A stretch of 43,062 nt of DNA from an uncultured Candidatus Saccharibacteria bacterium (GTDB lineage: Bacteria; Patescibacteriota; Minisyncoccia; JAHIHE01; JAGLIN01): positions 1 through 43,062 of the forward strand of contig CAYPQL010000003.1 of NCBI GenBank assembly GCA_964412905.1. Reading direction: 5' to 3'. Below the pieces are notes generated by a model. That model did no database searches. It was not told the DNA's origin and saw nothing but the letters and a program-made list of their open reading frames with translations. Of the stretch, positions 23,463 through 33,138 are shown piece by piece. Position numbers and translations under genes: made by a program. Each line of letters begins with the position of its first letter. The stretch's first letter is position 1.

Positions 23463-24965
23463 ATGAACTACGGGATTAAAAATAATTTTTCCAATATCAT
23501 ATACATCGCAACCTTGCTGTTTTTTGTTTTTGTCATTTTCCTGCCGGCGGTTTATGTTTTGAGTTTTGCTGTTGGAGGAAAGTTTGTGATTTCAAGCGAA
23601 CTATTTTCCGCGCTGCGGATTTCTTTTTTGGTCGCGTTTATTGTGACGATTGTGAATTTGTTTTTTGGAATCGCGCTGGCTTGGGTTTTTGCGAGATCAA
23701 AAAGCAAATATAAAGTCTGGCTGGATAATTTGATTGACCTGCCTTTGATTATTCCGACCGCCGCTCTTGGTCTCTCGGTATATTTGTTTTGGGGCGAGTT
23801 TTGGCATATTGAAAAAGGGCTGGTTATGATAATCTTGCTCCATATAATTTTCACCATTCCTTATATGATCCGCTCCGTCTCGGCAGCCATTGAGCAAATC
23901 AATGAAACTTATAACGAGGCGGGCGCGACATTGGGAGCATCCCCATTTACTTTATTTAGAACGATAAACTTTCCTCTGTTCAAAGACAGTGTTGTCGTCG
24001 GTTCTCTTCTGTCTTTCACGAGAAGCTTGTCTGAAACCGGAGCGACGATGATGGTTGCCGGCGCCGCCGCGATGACCGCGCCCGTTTTTATCGTTAATCT
24101 AAAGCAAGGCGGAGACATTCCTCAAGCTGCGGTCGCCAGCATAATACTTATTGTGTCGGCTCTCTTAATTCTAATAACCGCCAAATTTTTAACAAGAAAA
24201 AAACATTTTAATTTTGAGGTTGTTTATCCGCGATTTGAAAAATCGCTGAGCAATTTGGGAAGTTTGAGAAATTTTATTTTGGGAATATTCCTTTTGCTTA
24301 TTATAATAATTCCGACTTTTTATATTATTTTTTATAATTTCGCGAATTTCAATCCCGTTTTTAATTCGCGGATTTTTCAAAGTTTTCTGGTTTCCTTCGG
24401 AATCGCTTTTTCCGTGACGCTGGTCGGCCTTATCTTCGCAATTCCTATGTCCTATTTTATCGCCAGAAGCAATAACATAAAGCTGGCGAGTTTGTTTGAA
24501 AATATGCACGACATCGTTCTTCTGGTGCCGACAAGCGCCTTGGGATTTTCACTGGCTATGTTTTGGGGAAAATTGAATTTTAATGAATTATTGATAATCG
24601 CTCTGAGCCATCTCAGCTTTACATTTCCGCTTCTCGTGAAACCCATAACCGCGGCGATAAAAAATGTTGATTATAAAATTGAAGAATCGGCTTTATGCCT
24701 CGGCGCGAGTTATCGCAAAGTTTTGACAACCATTCTTTTTCCTCTCATTTTGCCCGCGATAATCGCCGGGAGCATTATGGCTTTTATGCGGAGCCTTTCA
24801 GAAACCGGAGCCACTTTGGCAGTGAGCCATAATGTAAAAACGGTATCGGTTTTGATTGTGGACTTGGTTCAAAACGGACAAATTTCCGAAGCGGGATTTA
24901 TTTGTTTTATTCTGTTTATTATTACATTTGTGTTTTTGATAATGCTGAAAAAAACTAAAAATTGA
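23463..24965 (+). CDS. ABC transporter permease, fused double-domain (two BPD_transp_1 units)
   Basis: 500 aa, about 12 TM helices, with two EAA-type loops (FTRSLSETGATMMVAG and FMRSLSETGATLAVS) resembling the CysTW/ModB/FbpB group. Confidence 0.75.
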   Translation: MNYGIKNNFSNIIYIATLLFFVFVIFLPAVYVLSFAVGGKFVISSELFSALRISFLVAFIVTIVNLFFGIALAWVFARSKSKYKVWLDNLIDLPLIIPTAALGLSVYLFWGEFWHIEKGLVMIILLHIIFTIPYMIRSVSAAIEQINETYNEAGATLGASPFTLFRTINFPLFKDSVVVGSLLSFTRSLSETGATMMVAGAAAMTAPVFIVNLKQGGDIPQAAVASIILIVSALLILITAKFLTRKKHFNFEVVYPRFEKSLSNLGSLRNFILGIFLLLIIIIPTFYIIFYNFANFNPVFNSRIFQSFLVSFGIAFSVTLVGLIFAIPMSYFIARSNNIKLASLFENMHDIVLLVPTSALGFSLAMFWGKLNFNELLIIALSHLSFTFPLLVKPITAAIKNVDYKIEESALCLGASYRKVLTTILFPLILPAIIAGSIMAFMRSLSETGATLAVSHNVKTVSVLIVDLVQNGQISEAGFICFILFIITFVFLIMLKKTKN

Positions 24966-25029
24966 ATAACGAATTATGAATTATGAATTATGAATAACAA
25001 TACAACAATTTAACAATAATAATGTCATT

Positions 25030-26121
25030 ATGCCAAATATAGAACTTAAAAAAATTACCAAAAAATTCACCTCTATTAACGAGGTGACAAAGGGCGAGAT
25101 TATCACGGCTGTTGACGATGTAAATTTGAAAATCAAAAAACACAGCTATAACACTTTGTTGGGACCTTCCGGGTGCGGGAAGACGACATTGCTCCGCATA
25201 ATCGCCGGACTGGAAAAGCCTACGGAAGGAAAAATATTTTTTGATAAATCTGAGATAACCAAGATGCCGACTCAGGAAAGAAACATCGGATTTGTTTTTC
25301 AGGATTATTCCCTTTTTCCACATATGGACATTTGGCACAATGTGAGCTATGGGCCGATGGCAAGAAATAAATTCACGAAAGAAACGGAAAAATATATCCA
25401 TAACATCCTAAAAATGGTCAAGCTTGATGATAGAATAAACGCTTATCCAAGCGAGCTTTCAGGTGGAATGAAACAGAGAGTCGCTGTGGCGCGGGCGATT
25501 GCCACAAAATCGCCGCTGATGCTTTTGGACGAGCCGCTTGGCGCGCTGGACGCCCGAATCGGAACGGCTTTGCGGTATGATTTGATGAAACTGGTAAAAG
25601 AATACAAGCTCACCGCAATCCATGTCACGCATAATCAAGAGGAGGCGATGACGATTTCTGATAACATAATAATGATGAAAAGGGGAAAGATTATTCAAAC
25701 GGGAACGCCCAGAGAAATATATGAAAAGCCCAATTCAATTTTTTCCGCGTATTTTTTGGGGCGCTGCAATTTCTTTCGCGCTGAAATGCAAGACAAGAAT
25801 ACCGCCAAATTTCAGGATACAATAATTAAACTTCCCAAAGCTCATCAAAACAAAAAAGTTGTTTTGGGCGTGCGCTCTGAAAAAATCCATATAAACGGCG
25901 AATTAAAAAAAGAAAATATAAAAGGAGCGATTGAGTTTATAAATTTTCTCGGGGAGAAATGGCAGTATATAATTAAATTGCCGGACGGAACGGAAGTGAG
26001 CGCCTTGAAAAGAACGCCGCATAAGGCGAAAGTCGGAGAAAAAGTTTCTATCAGTTTTTTCCCCGAAAATATTTTAATATTTGACGAGCCTGAAGACTTT
26101 GAAGAAGAAAAATCAGTATGA
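25030..26121 (+). CDS. ABC transporter ATP-binding protein with C-terminal TOBE-like domain
   Basis: 363 aa. Walker A GPSGCGKTT, signature LSGGMKQRVAVARA, Walker B LLDEPLGALD, H-loop THNQ. Confidence 0.85.
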   Translation: MPNIELKKITKKFTSINEVTKGEIITAVDDVNLKIKKHSYNTLLGPSGCGKTTLLRIIAGLEKPTEGKIFFDKSEITKMPTQERNIGFVFQDYSLFPHMDIWHNVSYGPMARNKFTKETEKYIHNILKMVKLDDRINAYPSELSGGMKQRVAVARAIATKSPLMLLDEPLGALDARIGTALRYDLMKLVKEYKLTAIHVTHNQEEAMTISDNIIMMKRGKIIQTGTPREIYEKPNSIFSAYFLGRCNFFRAEMQDKNTAKFQDTIIKLPKAHQNKKVVLGVRSEKIHINGELKKENIKGAIEFINFLGEKWQYIIKLPDGTEVSALKRTPHKAKVGEKVSISFFPENILIFDEPEDFEEEKSV

Positions 26122-26169
26122 GGGGGATATTAGTATTAAGTATTTAATATCAAGTATTAAGGGTTTTTT

Positions 26170-26436
26170 ATGAACACAAACTTACTTCGCAAACTTAAAG
26201 CATGGAGAAACGGGACAGCTAGGAGAGAAATGGTTGAAAGTTTTCGCGTGCTTCCGAATAAGTCAATTGAAGATATCGCGAGAATGGAGCCGCAAACGAG
26301 GGAAGAATTGACGAGCATCAAGGGAATAAAAGACAGAAAATATTATAAATACGGGAAAGAAATTTTGAGTATTGTGAAGGAAAGCTTGATAGATAATAAA
26401 GCAAACGGCGGACGGCCGTTTTTTGAAAATAGTTGA
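26170..26436 (+). CDS. Stand-alone HRDC domain protein
   Basis: 88 aa. L...R...A....V....V.....I..IA...P.T.EEL..I.GI pattern of HRDC domains. Confidence 0.5.
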   Translation: MNTNLLRKLKAWRNGTARREMVESFRVLPNKSIEDIARMEPQTREELTSIKGIKDRKYYKYGKEILSIVKESLIDNKANGGRPFFENS

Positions 26437-26439
26437 AAA

Positions 26440-26647
26440 TATAAATTACGCGACTGACACTCCGGAAAGACAGCTCAATCTTGGCTATAGCATTGTTTCT
26501 CTAGAAACGGAAAAATCATCAAAACCGTAAAACAAGTAAAAAAAGGCGATATTTTAAACATAAAACTTTCCGAAGGAAAAATCGAATCGGAGGAGAAGGG
26601 GGTTTTGAGGGAGCAGGGTAATAAAAGTTTTTATAAACTAAAATAAT
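26440..26647 (+). pseudogene. Remnant of the exodeoxyribonuclease VII large subunit (xseA) C-terminus
   Basis: Two frames together read DTPERQLNLGYSIVSLET / GKIIKTVKQVKKGDILNIKLSEGKIESEE. This mirrors the XseA C-terminal pattern (SP...L.RGYS......G.V...V.QV..GD.L...L.DG.I...V). The frameshift is near GGAAAAATC, and there is no N-terminal part. Confidence 0.5.
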
Positions 26648-26652
26648 AATGT

Positions 26653-27463
26653 ATGACAATATTCACAAAAGAAATTTTAGAGAAAGCCGAAAATGAACAT
26701 TACAGATTTCAAACCGGATGTTATTTTTCAGATTCGCAAGAAGTTGAAGGAGCGCTTTTTTTATGGAGCAAAATTAAGGATTCGTATTGGAATTATGCGA
26801 CAAAAATTAACATTGGCGAGAAATATTTGGAAAAACTGATCAAGAAAATTATAGAATTTTATAAAAATAAAGGCAGAAAGCCAACTATATATTTTACGCC
26901 TTTTACAAAAATAAGAAATTTGCCAGAGCTTATCGAAAAATTTGGCTTCAAATCAAAATACAAAGATGCTTGGATGTTTTATGAAGGCGCTGAACCGAAA
27001 TTTGAGATGCCAGAAAATTTCACAATAAAGCCAGTTGAAACTGAAAAAGAAATGAAAGTCTTTACTGATATTTTTAGGCAGTCTTATGGGGGGGGCTACA
27101 TCAGACGAGCCTTACGGAGCATTGCCAAAAGAATATAGCGAATGTATTTTTGAATCATTTTCAAGACTACAAAAAAATAAAAATGTGATTCATTATTTAG
27201 GAATTTTAAACAACGAACCAGTTGGCATTGCAACATTAATTTATTCAGGAGAATTTGGCTGTATATTTAATGTAGGGACAAACCCTGTTTATAGAAAAAA
27301 AGGAATGGGTAAAGCTTTAACTTTGAATGCGGTTACCGATGCAATAAAAAATAGAGCAAACATTATTTTTTTACAAACAGAGCAGGGAAGTTTCAATGAA
27401 AAATATTACACAAAACTCGGCTTTTCAACTAAATTTATCGGAGAGGGGTTTGTTTTGGAGTAA
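26653..27463 (+). pseudogene. GNAT-family N-acetyltransferase split by a frameshift at a G8 run
   Basis: ORFs 26653-27138 and 27086-27463 overlap. The second carries the acetyl-CoA motif (VGTNPVYRKKGMGKAL). Removing one G from GGGGGGGG (27088-27095) gives one continuous ~270-aa protein. Confidence 0.65.
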
Positions 27464-27603
27464 TACTTTGAAATAAAGAATTCAATTTAATGTTTATGCT
27501 AAGCCATTTTATAAACCTCCAGTATGATATTAGGTAATATCATACTGTTTGGAATTAAGACAGTATCGTAAATATTATTTTATAATATTGTATTTCTAAA
27601 CAC

Positions 27604-27633
27604 AAAAAACGGATTTCTCAATCCGTTTTTTTT
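27604..27633. terminator. Bidirectional intrinsic terminator between GNAT (+) and prfA (-)
   Basis: AAAAAACGGATT-TCTC-AATCCGTTTTTTTT. Confidence 0.75.
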
Positions 27634-27656
27634 GTAAGAATATTTCTCAGATTCAT

Positions 27657-28721
27657 CTATTCGCTCTTCTGTTTTTTCTCCAAATCGGCTTGTTGTAAAG
27701 ATGAGATAATATCATTAAGATTTCCTTCAAGGACGGTTTCAATTTCGTGCCAGCTTTGTTTAATTCTATGGTCGGTGATTCGGTCTTGGGGGAAATTGTA
27801 AGTCCTGATTTTTTCGCTTCGGTCGCCGGTGCCGATTTGGTTTTTTCTGGCGCCGGATTCTTCCTTTTCTCTTTTTTCTTCTTCCGCCGCCAAAAGTCTG
27901 GAACGCAAAATTTGCATGGCCTTAACTTTGTTTTTGAGCTGGGATTTTTCGTCTTGGCAGGAAATGACAATTCCGCTGGGAAGGTGGGTGATGCGGACGG
28001 CTGAATCGGTTGTGTTCACGCTTTGCCCGCCGGGTCCGGAAGAGCGGAACACATCGATTTTCAAATCCTCGTTTTTGATTGCGATTTCCGTTTCTTCCGC
28101 TTGAGGCAGAACCACGACGGTCGCCGTTGAAGTGTGCACCCGCCCTTGTTTTTCCGTTTCGGGAACTCTTTGGACTCTATGGACTCCGCTTTCATATTTC
28201 ATTTTTGAATATACATTTTGCCCGTTTATTTCAAAAATAAGCTCTTTAATTCCGCCGATGGATGTTTTGCTGGAGTTTAAAATCACGGTTTTCCAATTGT
28301 TATTTTCCGCGAATTTAGCATACATTCGCCAAAGTTGGGACGCAAAAAGCGCCGCCTCGTCTCCTCCCGCGCCAGCCCTGATTTCCACGATCGCGTCTTT
28401 TTCGTTCTTCGGATCTTTGGGAATTATCAAAAGTTGAATTTCTTTTTCCAGTTTTTCTTTTTTATTTCCCAATTTTTCATTTTCTTCGGTTGCCATTATT
28501 TTCAACTCTTCATCATTTTCGTTTTTTATAATGTCGCTATTTTCTTGAATAGTTTTTTCTAAAGCCAAAAGCTGTTCATATTTATCTACGACTTCTTCAA
28601 GAGCGCTTTGCCTTTTGCTGAGAGTTTTGAATTTTTTCAAATCAGAAACAGTCCCGGCCTCGCTGAGCTGTTTCGTGATTTCCTCGTATTCTTTTTTTAG
28701 CTTTTCCAGTTTGGTTTTCAT
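27657..28721 (-). CDS. prfA: Peptide chain release factor 1
   Basis: 354 aa. GGQ motif (SGPGGQSVNTT) and a P.T-type tripeptide region (RVPETEKQGRVHTS), which indicates RF1 rather than RF2. Confidence 0.9.
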   Translation of the reverse strand: MKTKLEKLKKEYEEITKQLSEAGTVSDLKKFKTLSKRQSALEEVVDKYEQLLALEKTIQENSDIIKNENDEELKIMATEENEKLGNKKEKLEKEIQLLIIPKDPKNEKDAIVEIRAGAGGDEAALFASQLWRMYAKFAENNNWKTVILNSSKTSIGGIKELIFEINGQNVYSKMKYESGVHRVQRVPETEKQGRVHTSTATVVVLPQAEETEIAIKNEDLKIDVFRSSGPGGQSVNTTDSAVRITHLPSGIVISCQDEKSQLKNKVKAMQILRSRLLAAEEEKREKEESGARKNQIGTGDRSEKIRTYNFPQDRITDHRIKQSWHEIETVLEGNLNDIISSLQQADLEKKQKSE

Positions 28722-28855
28722 GATAATAGTAATTGGTAATTGGTAATTTGTAATTAGTAATTAGGAATTCGGCTTGTTTTTATAAAATCAGCCCCCTTGC
28801 TTATAATTTATTGAAAAATAAAAAATAAACAAAAGAGGCTGATGTAAAAGTCCGG

Positions 28856-29182
28856 CTATTTTTCGTTTTTGCTTTTCGTTTCAACTTCGCTTTTTACATT
28901 CGCCAGTTTGTTCGTCGCTTCAATTTTCTTTTCTGATTTCTGGGCGTACTTTTCCTTTTTTGTCCTTATCGCGGGACTTTTGCTTTTCTTGTTCACCAAA
29001 TTTTGAAATCTCTCAACTCTTCCCGTAGAGTCCACTATTTTTTGTTTTCCGGTATAAGCGGGATGGCAAGCGCCGCAAACTTCAACGCTGATTTCAGTTA
29101 AAGCTGACTTTGTCGCAAAAGCGTTTCCGCAGACGCATTTCACGCTACAATCGCCGTATTTTGGATGTATTCCTTTTTTCAT
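28856..29182 (-). CDS. rpmE: 50S ribosomal protein L31 with Lys-rich C-terminal extension
   Basis: [29 protein letters not shown]. About 35 extra C-terminal residues. Confidence 0.85.
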   Translation of the reverse strand: MKKGIHPKYGDCSVKCVCGNAFATKSALTEISVEVCGACHPAYTGKQKIVDSTGRVERFQNLVNKKSKSPAIRTKKEKYAQKSEKKIEATNKLANVKSEVETKSKNEK

Positions 29183-29311
29183 GTTTTTTAGATAAAATTA
29201 AGTTAAAAAATCACACTTATTAAGCGCAAATAGATTCTAGCAGGGATTTTTGTTTTTGGCAAATTAATTTCAAAGAATTCCAAGATGTTTATATGTTTAG
29301 ATGATTTTCTC

Positions 29312-29339
29312 TTGCCATATTTGAATTTTATGTTATACT
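29312..29339 (+). promoter_or_regulatory. Promoter TTGCCA-N16-TGtTATACT upstream of rpsB
   Basis: TTGCCA at 29312-29317, TG at 29331-29332, TATACT at 29334-29339. It leaves a ~170-nt leader with the helices ATTCGCC/GGCGAAT and GCAAAT/ATTTGC. Confidence 0.5.
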
Positions 29340-29515
29340 GCTTTCTAGCATTAAGGTTGTTTAAAAAGCCTTGATATTTTAATTAATTAAATTCGCCAAA
29401 ATTTGGCGGGTTTGGCGGGGCGTTGAAAAGGCGAATAGCTTTGTTTGAATGAGAATAGCAAATTTATTTGCGTTCAAATTAATGTCTGCCAAAATAAAAG
29501 AAAGGTAAAAAAACA

Positions 29516-30235
29516 ATGGATATTAAAAAAAGCGGGAATGAAGAAGTGAGCATGATGAATATGTTGAAGGCAGGAGTTCATTTTGGGCATAAAAAAGCCA
29601 AAAAACATCCGAAAATGAACCAGTATATTTATACCGTGAGGAACAGTATAAATATCATAGACCTTGGCAAGACCATGACAAAGCTGAATGAAGCTCTTAA
29701 TTTCGCAAAGGATGTTGCGTCCAAAGGAGGAATTATTCTTTTTGTAGGCACGAAAAGGCAGGCGAAAAAAATTGTCAAAGAAGAGGCTGAAAGATGCGGA
29801 ATGCCTTATGTTTCGGAAAGATGGCTTGGCGGCACATTTACGAATTTTGAAAAAATCTCCGGCAGCATAAAGCGATTGGAAAAAATGGCGGCGGAAAAAG
29901 AAAGCGGAGAGCTGGAAAAGAAATATAATAAAAAAGAAAGATTGGAAATAGACAGAGAAATCAAAAGAATTGAGAAGAAATTCGGCGGAATCAAGACTAT
30001 GAAAAAACTTCCGGAAGCCGTTTTTGTAATTGACATAAAAGAAGAAGAGACGGCCATAATGGAATCAAGTTCAAAAAAGATTTTCATAATTGCCGTTACG
30101 GATACGAATGCGGATCCCAGCCTGGTTGATTACCCAATTCCTTCCAACGATGACGCGGTTGGAGCGATTAAATTGATAACAAAAGCCATCGCTGACGCGG
30201 TGATTGAGGGTAAAAACAAGATAGGAATTAAATAA
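29516..30235 (+). CDS. rpsB: 30S ribosomal protein S2
   Basis: 239 aa. LKAGVHFGH, ILFVGTKRQA and RWLGG..TNF motifs. Confidence 0.95.
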   Translation: MDIKKSGNEEVSMMNMLKAGVHFGHKKAKKHPKMNQYIYTVRNSINIIDLGKTMTKLNEALNFAKDVASKGGIILFVGTKRQAKKIVKEEAERCGMPYVSERWLGGTFTNFEKISGSIKRLEKMAAEKESGELEKKYNKKERLEIDREIKRIEKKFGGIKTMKKLPEAVFVIDIKEEETAIMESSSKKIFIIAVTDTNADPSLVDYPIPSNDDAVGAIKLITKAIADAVIEGKNKIGIK

Positions 30236-30325
30236 TATAAGAGAAACTGGAAACTGATTGGTGGTTGCATAAGTTTTTTGAATAAAAAAATTATGTTTAA
30301 ATGTTTATATGCTAAAATGAATACT

Positions 30326-30910
30326 ATGATTACGGCTCAAGAAGTAAAAAATTTAAGGGATCGCACGGGGGTGAGCATGATGCAGTGCAAGAAGGCTCTT
30401 GAAGAAAGCGCCGGCGATGTTGAAAAAGCGATAAAGATTTTGCAGAAAAGCGGATCAAAAGTCGCGGACAAAAAATGCGGCAGAGGAACCGTTGAAGGTT
30501 ATATAGGCTCGTATATTCACAGCAACGGGAAGGTCGGAGTTTTGGTTGAAGTGGGCTGCGAAACTGATTTTGTCGCCAGAAATGAAGAATTCAAAGAACT
30601 TGCCCATGATTTGGCTATGCATATCGCGGCGAGCAATCCGAAATATGTAAGCTGCGACGAGATAAATCCGGAAGAGATAAAAACCAAAAAAGAAGAATTG
30701 CTTGAAGAAACCAAAAAAGAAAATAAGCCGGAGAATATTCTGGATAAAATAGTTGAAGGAAAGGCCAAAAAACATTTTGATGAAGCCTGCCTGTTGACTC
30801 AAGTGTTCGTAAAAAATTCGGAATTTACCGTCGGGCAGCTGATAACGGAAAAAATCGCAAAGCTGGGAGAAAATATAAAAGTGAAAAGGTTTATGAGGTT
30901 TGAAATATGA
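30326..30910 (+). CDS. tsf: Elongation factor Ts (short form)
   Basis: MITAQEVKNLRDRTGVSMMQCKKALEE..GD.EKA is the canonical UBA-like N-terminus. The ORF track starts at a TTG at 30278, and ATGs at 30317 and 30326 are alternatives. Confidence 0.85.
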   Translation: MITAQEVKNLRDRTGVSMMQCKKALEESAGDVEKAIKILQKSGSKVADKKCGRGTVEGYIGSYIHSNGKVGVLVEVGCETDFVARNEEFKELAHDLAMHIAASNPKYVSCDEINPEEIKTKKEELLEETKKENKPENILDKIVEGKAKKHFDEACLLTQVFVKNSEFTVGQLITEKIAKLGENIKVKRFMRFEI

Positions 30911-30944
30911 TAGAGCGTATCTTGAATTATGAAATGCAACAAAA

Positions 30945-31060
30945 GTGTCATTTCGAACGCCTCGTGAGAAATCTATAAACAATAGTATGCAAAAAGAATA
31001 GCTAATTTAAATATGGCTTTTAGATCTCTCAATCGCTGATGCTCATTTCGAGATGACAAG
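30945..31060. repeat. Composite palindromic element (TGTCATTTCGAA ... TTCGAGATGACAA)
   Basis: The unit GTGTCATTTCGAACGCCTCGTGAGAAATCT (30945-30974) has an inverted counterpart, AGATCTCTC...CTCATTTCGAGATGACAAG (31022-31060). Confidence 0.6.
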
Positions 31061-31109
31061 CTAAAAATTATATAGACAAGTTTTAAAATTTAGCAATTCA
31101 ATACGATTT

Positions 31110-31895
31110 ATGAAAATAAGCGCAAAAATATTTCCTTTGGACAATTCGCGCGTGTTTGATTCCGGAAACTGGAGCGTGAAAGAGGGAGACATTGTCATCG
31201 TTGATATTGATTCTGGCTCGGAAAGCGCGGTGGTTGAGAAAATAAACATCAAAAGCGAAGGAGAGCTTCCCGCCATAGCGCGAAAAGCGACATCCATTGA
31301 TCTGGAAACAATAGAAAAAAACGAAAAAAAAAGAGCGGAAGCGGTGAATGATTGCAAAGCTATGGTTAGTGAAAGAGGATTGGCGATGAAAATTGTTGAC
31401 GCTCATTTTAGTTTTGACGGAGGAAGGATCACCTTTTCTTTTATCGCGGAAAAAAGAGTTGACTTTCGCGATCTGGTGAAAAATCTTTCCAAGAAATTTC
31501 AGCGATCCATAAGATTGCAGCAAGTCGGATCAAGAGACGAGGCAAGGCAAAAAGGGGGATTTGGCGGATGCGGGAGGGAATTGTGTTGCATAAAATTTTC
31601 AGGCAGTTTGAAAAGCGTTACGACGGAAGATGTAAGGGCTCAGCAAATGGGGCAAAGAGGGAGCGACAGGCTCTCGGGATTATGCGGGAGGCTTAAATGC
31701 TGCTTGGGTTTTGAGGCCGAACATTACAGGGAAAATTTGGCAAAAATGCCGGGGCGCGGAGAAAAGTTTTTGGTTGAAGGCAAGGTCGGAAGGGTTGTTG
31801 ATCTAAATGTGCTGGCGAACGAAGTCGTTGTTGAATTTGAAGATAAGGTCAAAAAGAAAGTTCACATCAGCGAATTAAAAACCGTAAAAACATAA
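31110..31895 (+). CDS. PSP1 domain protein (RicT/YaaT-like)
   Basis: 261 aa. PSP1 C-terminal pattern including GGCGRELCC.KF and GLCGRLKCCL. Confidence 0.75.
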   Translation: MKISAKIFPLDNSRVFDSGNWSVKEGDIVIVDIDSGSESAVVEKINIKSEGELPAIARKATSIDLETIEKNEKKRAEAVNDCKAMVSERGLAMKIVDAHFSFDGGRITFSFIAEKRVDFRDLVKNLSKKFQRSIRLQQVGSRDEARQKGGFGGCGRELCCIKFSGSLKSVTTEDVRAQQMGQRGSDRLSGLCGRLKCCLGFEAEHYRENLAKMPGRGEKFLVEGKVGRVVDLNVLANEVVVEFEDKVKKKVHISELKTVKT

Positions 31896-32049
31896 AGATA
31901 CAATAACCAAGAAACAAGGATATTTATCCGCCGATAGGCAGGCAAACAAATTTTCCGTCCAAGACGGACCAGCCTAGGGATGGCAAAATCCAATAATCAA
32001 ATTTCAACTTTGTTTGATCGGGGATTATAAAATATAAAAAAACAAAAAT

Positions 32050-32907
32050 ATGTCGTTTGACTTGCTTCCTCAAATTATTATAATCGTTTCCGCGGGAATT
32101 ATCGTTGTTATTTTAGGCAGAAATATTCCCAAGATAAAAGATATGGACAGCGAGAGCTTGTTTTTTAAAGAGAAAAAAGACGAACGAGAAAAAGAGAAAT
32201 TTTTTTATTTATACAGCAGGATAAAAGAAAGAATCAGCAGGGAGGAATATCAGAAAAAAATTGATTTGATGTGGGTTTGGCTGGAAAAAACCTTGCGCAA
32301 GATCAGAATCAGTTTTTTGAAAATTGACAACAGAATTGTTCTGCTTTTGAACAAGCTTAGAGAAAAGCAGACAGAACCGGAAGTTGAAAAAGACGGGCAA
32401 ATTGATAATGCGGAAAAAAAGATAGAGGAAAAAGAAAAAGACAAGTTTCTTCAAAAAGAAAGAAGTGTCGTAGAAAACGAATTGCAAGACAGCAAAGTCT
32501 CGGAAGACATAGCTGGCGGCAAAGCGGCGGAGATTGCCAGTGAAGACGGTCGGGAAGAAATAACCAGCAGTATTTCCGAAAAGGAAAACGCGAAAGGAAA
32601 AGAAAAAGAATATATAAAAATAATACTCAAAAACCCGATTGACATAAAAGCGTATTGGAATTTGGGAGTCGTGTATTCAAGGAGAAGAAATTACAAAGAC
32701 GCGATTTCGTGCTTTCGCCAAATTACCAAGATAGACCCGACTTATTTCAAAGCCAAGAAAAAGATTTCTGATTTGATGGAAAGGATGAAGAGAAAAGACA
32801 AAGATGAAGATAGGGATAGTGACAAGAATAAATTTGAGAGCGAAAATATTGATGCTCAAAAAAAAGAAGAAAATGACGCGCAACTTACGGATAATAACGA
32901 GAAGTAA
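32050..32907 (+). CDS. Hypothetical protein: N-terminal TM helix, charged region, one TPR-like repeat
   Basis: 285 aa. AYWNLGVVYSRRRNYKDAISCFRQITKIDPTYFKA looks like a TPR unit. Confidence 0.5.
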   Translation: MSFDLLPQIIIIVSAGIIVVILGRNIPKIKDMDSESLFFKEKKDEREKEKFFYLYSRIKERISREEYQKKIDLMWVWLEKTLRKIRISFLKIDNRIVLLLNKLREKQTEPEVEKDGQIDNAEKKIEEKEKDKFLQKERSVVENELQDSKVSEDIAGGKAAEIASEDGREEITSSISEKENAKGKEKEYIKIILKNPIDIKAYWNLGVVYSRRRNYKDAISCFRQITKIDPTYFKAKKKISDLMERMKRKDKDEDRDSDKNKFESENIDAQKKEENDAQLTDNNEK

Positions 32908-32941
32908 AATTGTTATAATTTGTGAGTTATAAGTTAATCGC

Positions 32942-33016
32942 GCCGGCTTAGCTCAGTGGTAGAGCAACTGTTTTGTAAACAGTAGGTCGTTGGTTCAAAT
33001 CCGACAGCCGGCTCCA
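32942..33016 (+). tRNA. tRNA-Thr (anticodon TGT), CCA encoded
   Basis: Cloverleaf folded by hand: acceptor GCCGGCT/AGCCGGC, D-arm GCTC..GAGC, anticodon stem ACTGT/ACAGT with loop TTTGTAA, T-arm GTTGG-TTCAAAT-CCGAC, then TCCA. Confidence 0.9.
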
Positions 33017-33138
33017 AAGTATGAAACATGAAACATGGAACATGAAACACAGTTCAACGATAGCAATCTGATTACATCAAATGCTTCATGTTATTTGTTT
33101 CATGTCCCATGTTTCATGTTGTATCGTTTCATGAGTCT
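33017..33138. repeat. Long hairpin of CATGAAACA words between the two tRNA genes
   Basis: ATGAAACATGAAACATGGAACATGAAACA (33021-33049) is complementary to TGTTTCATGTCCCATGTTTCATGTT (33096-33120). Confidence 0.7.
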
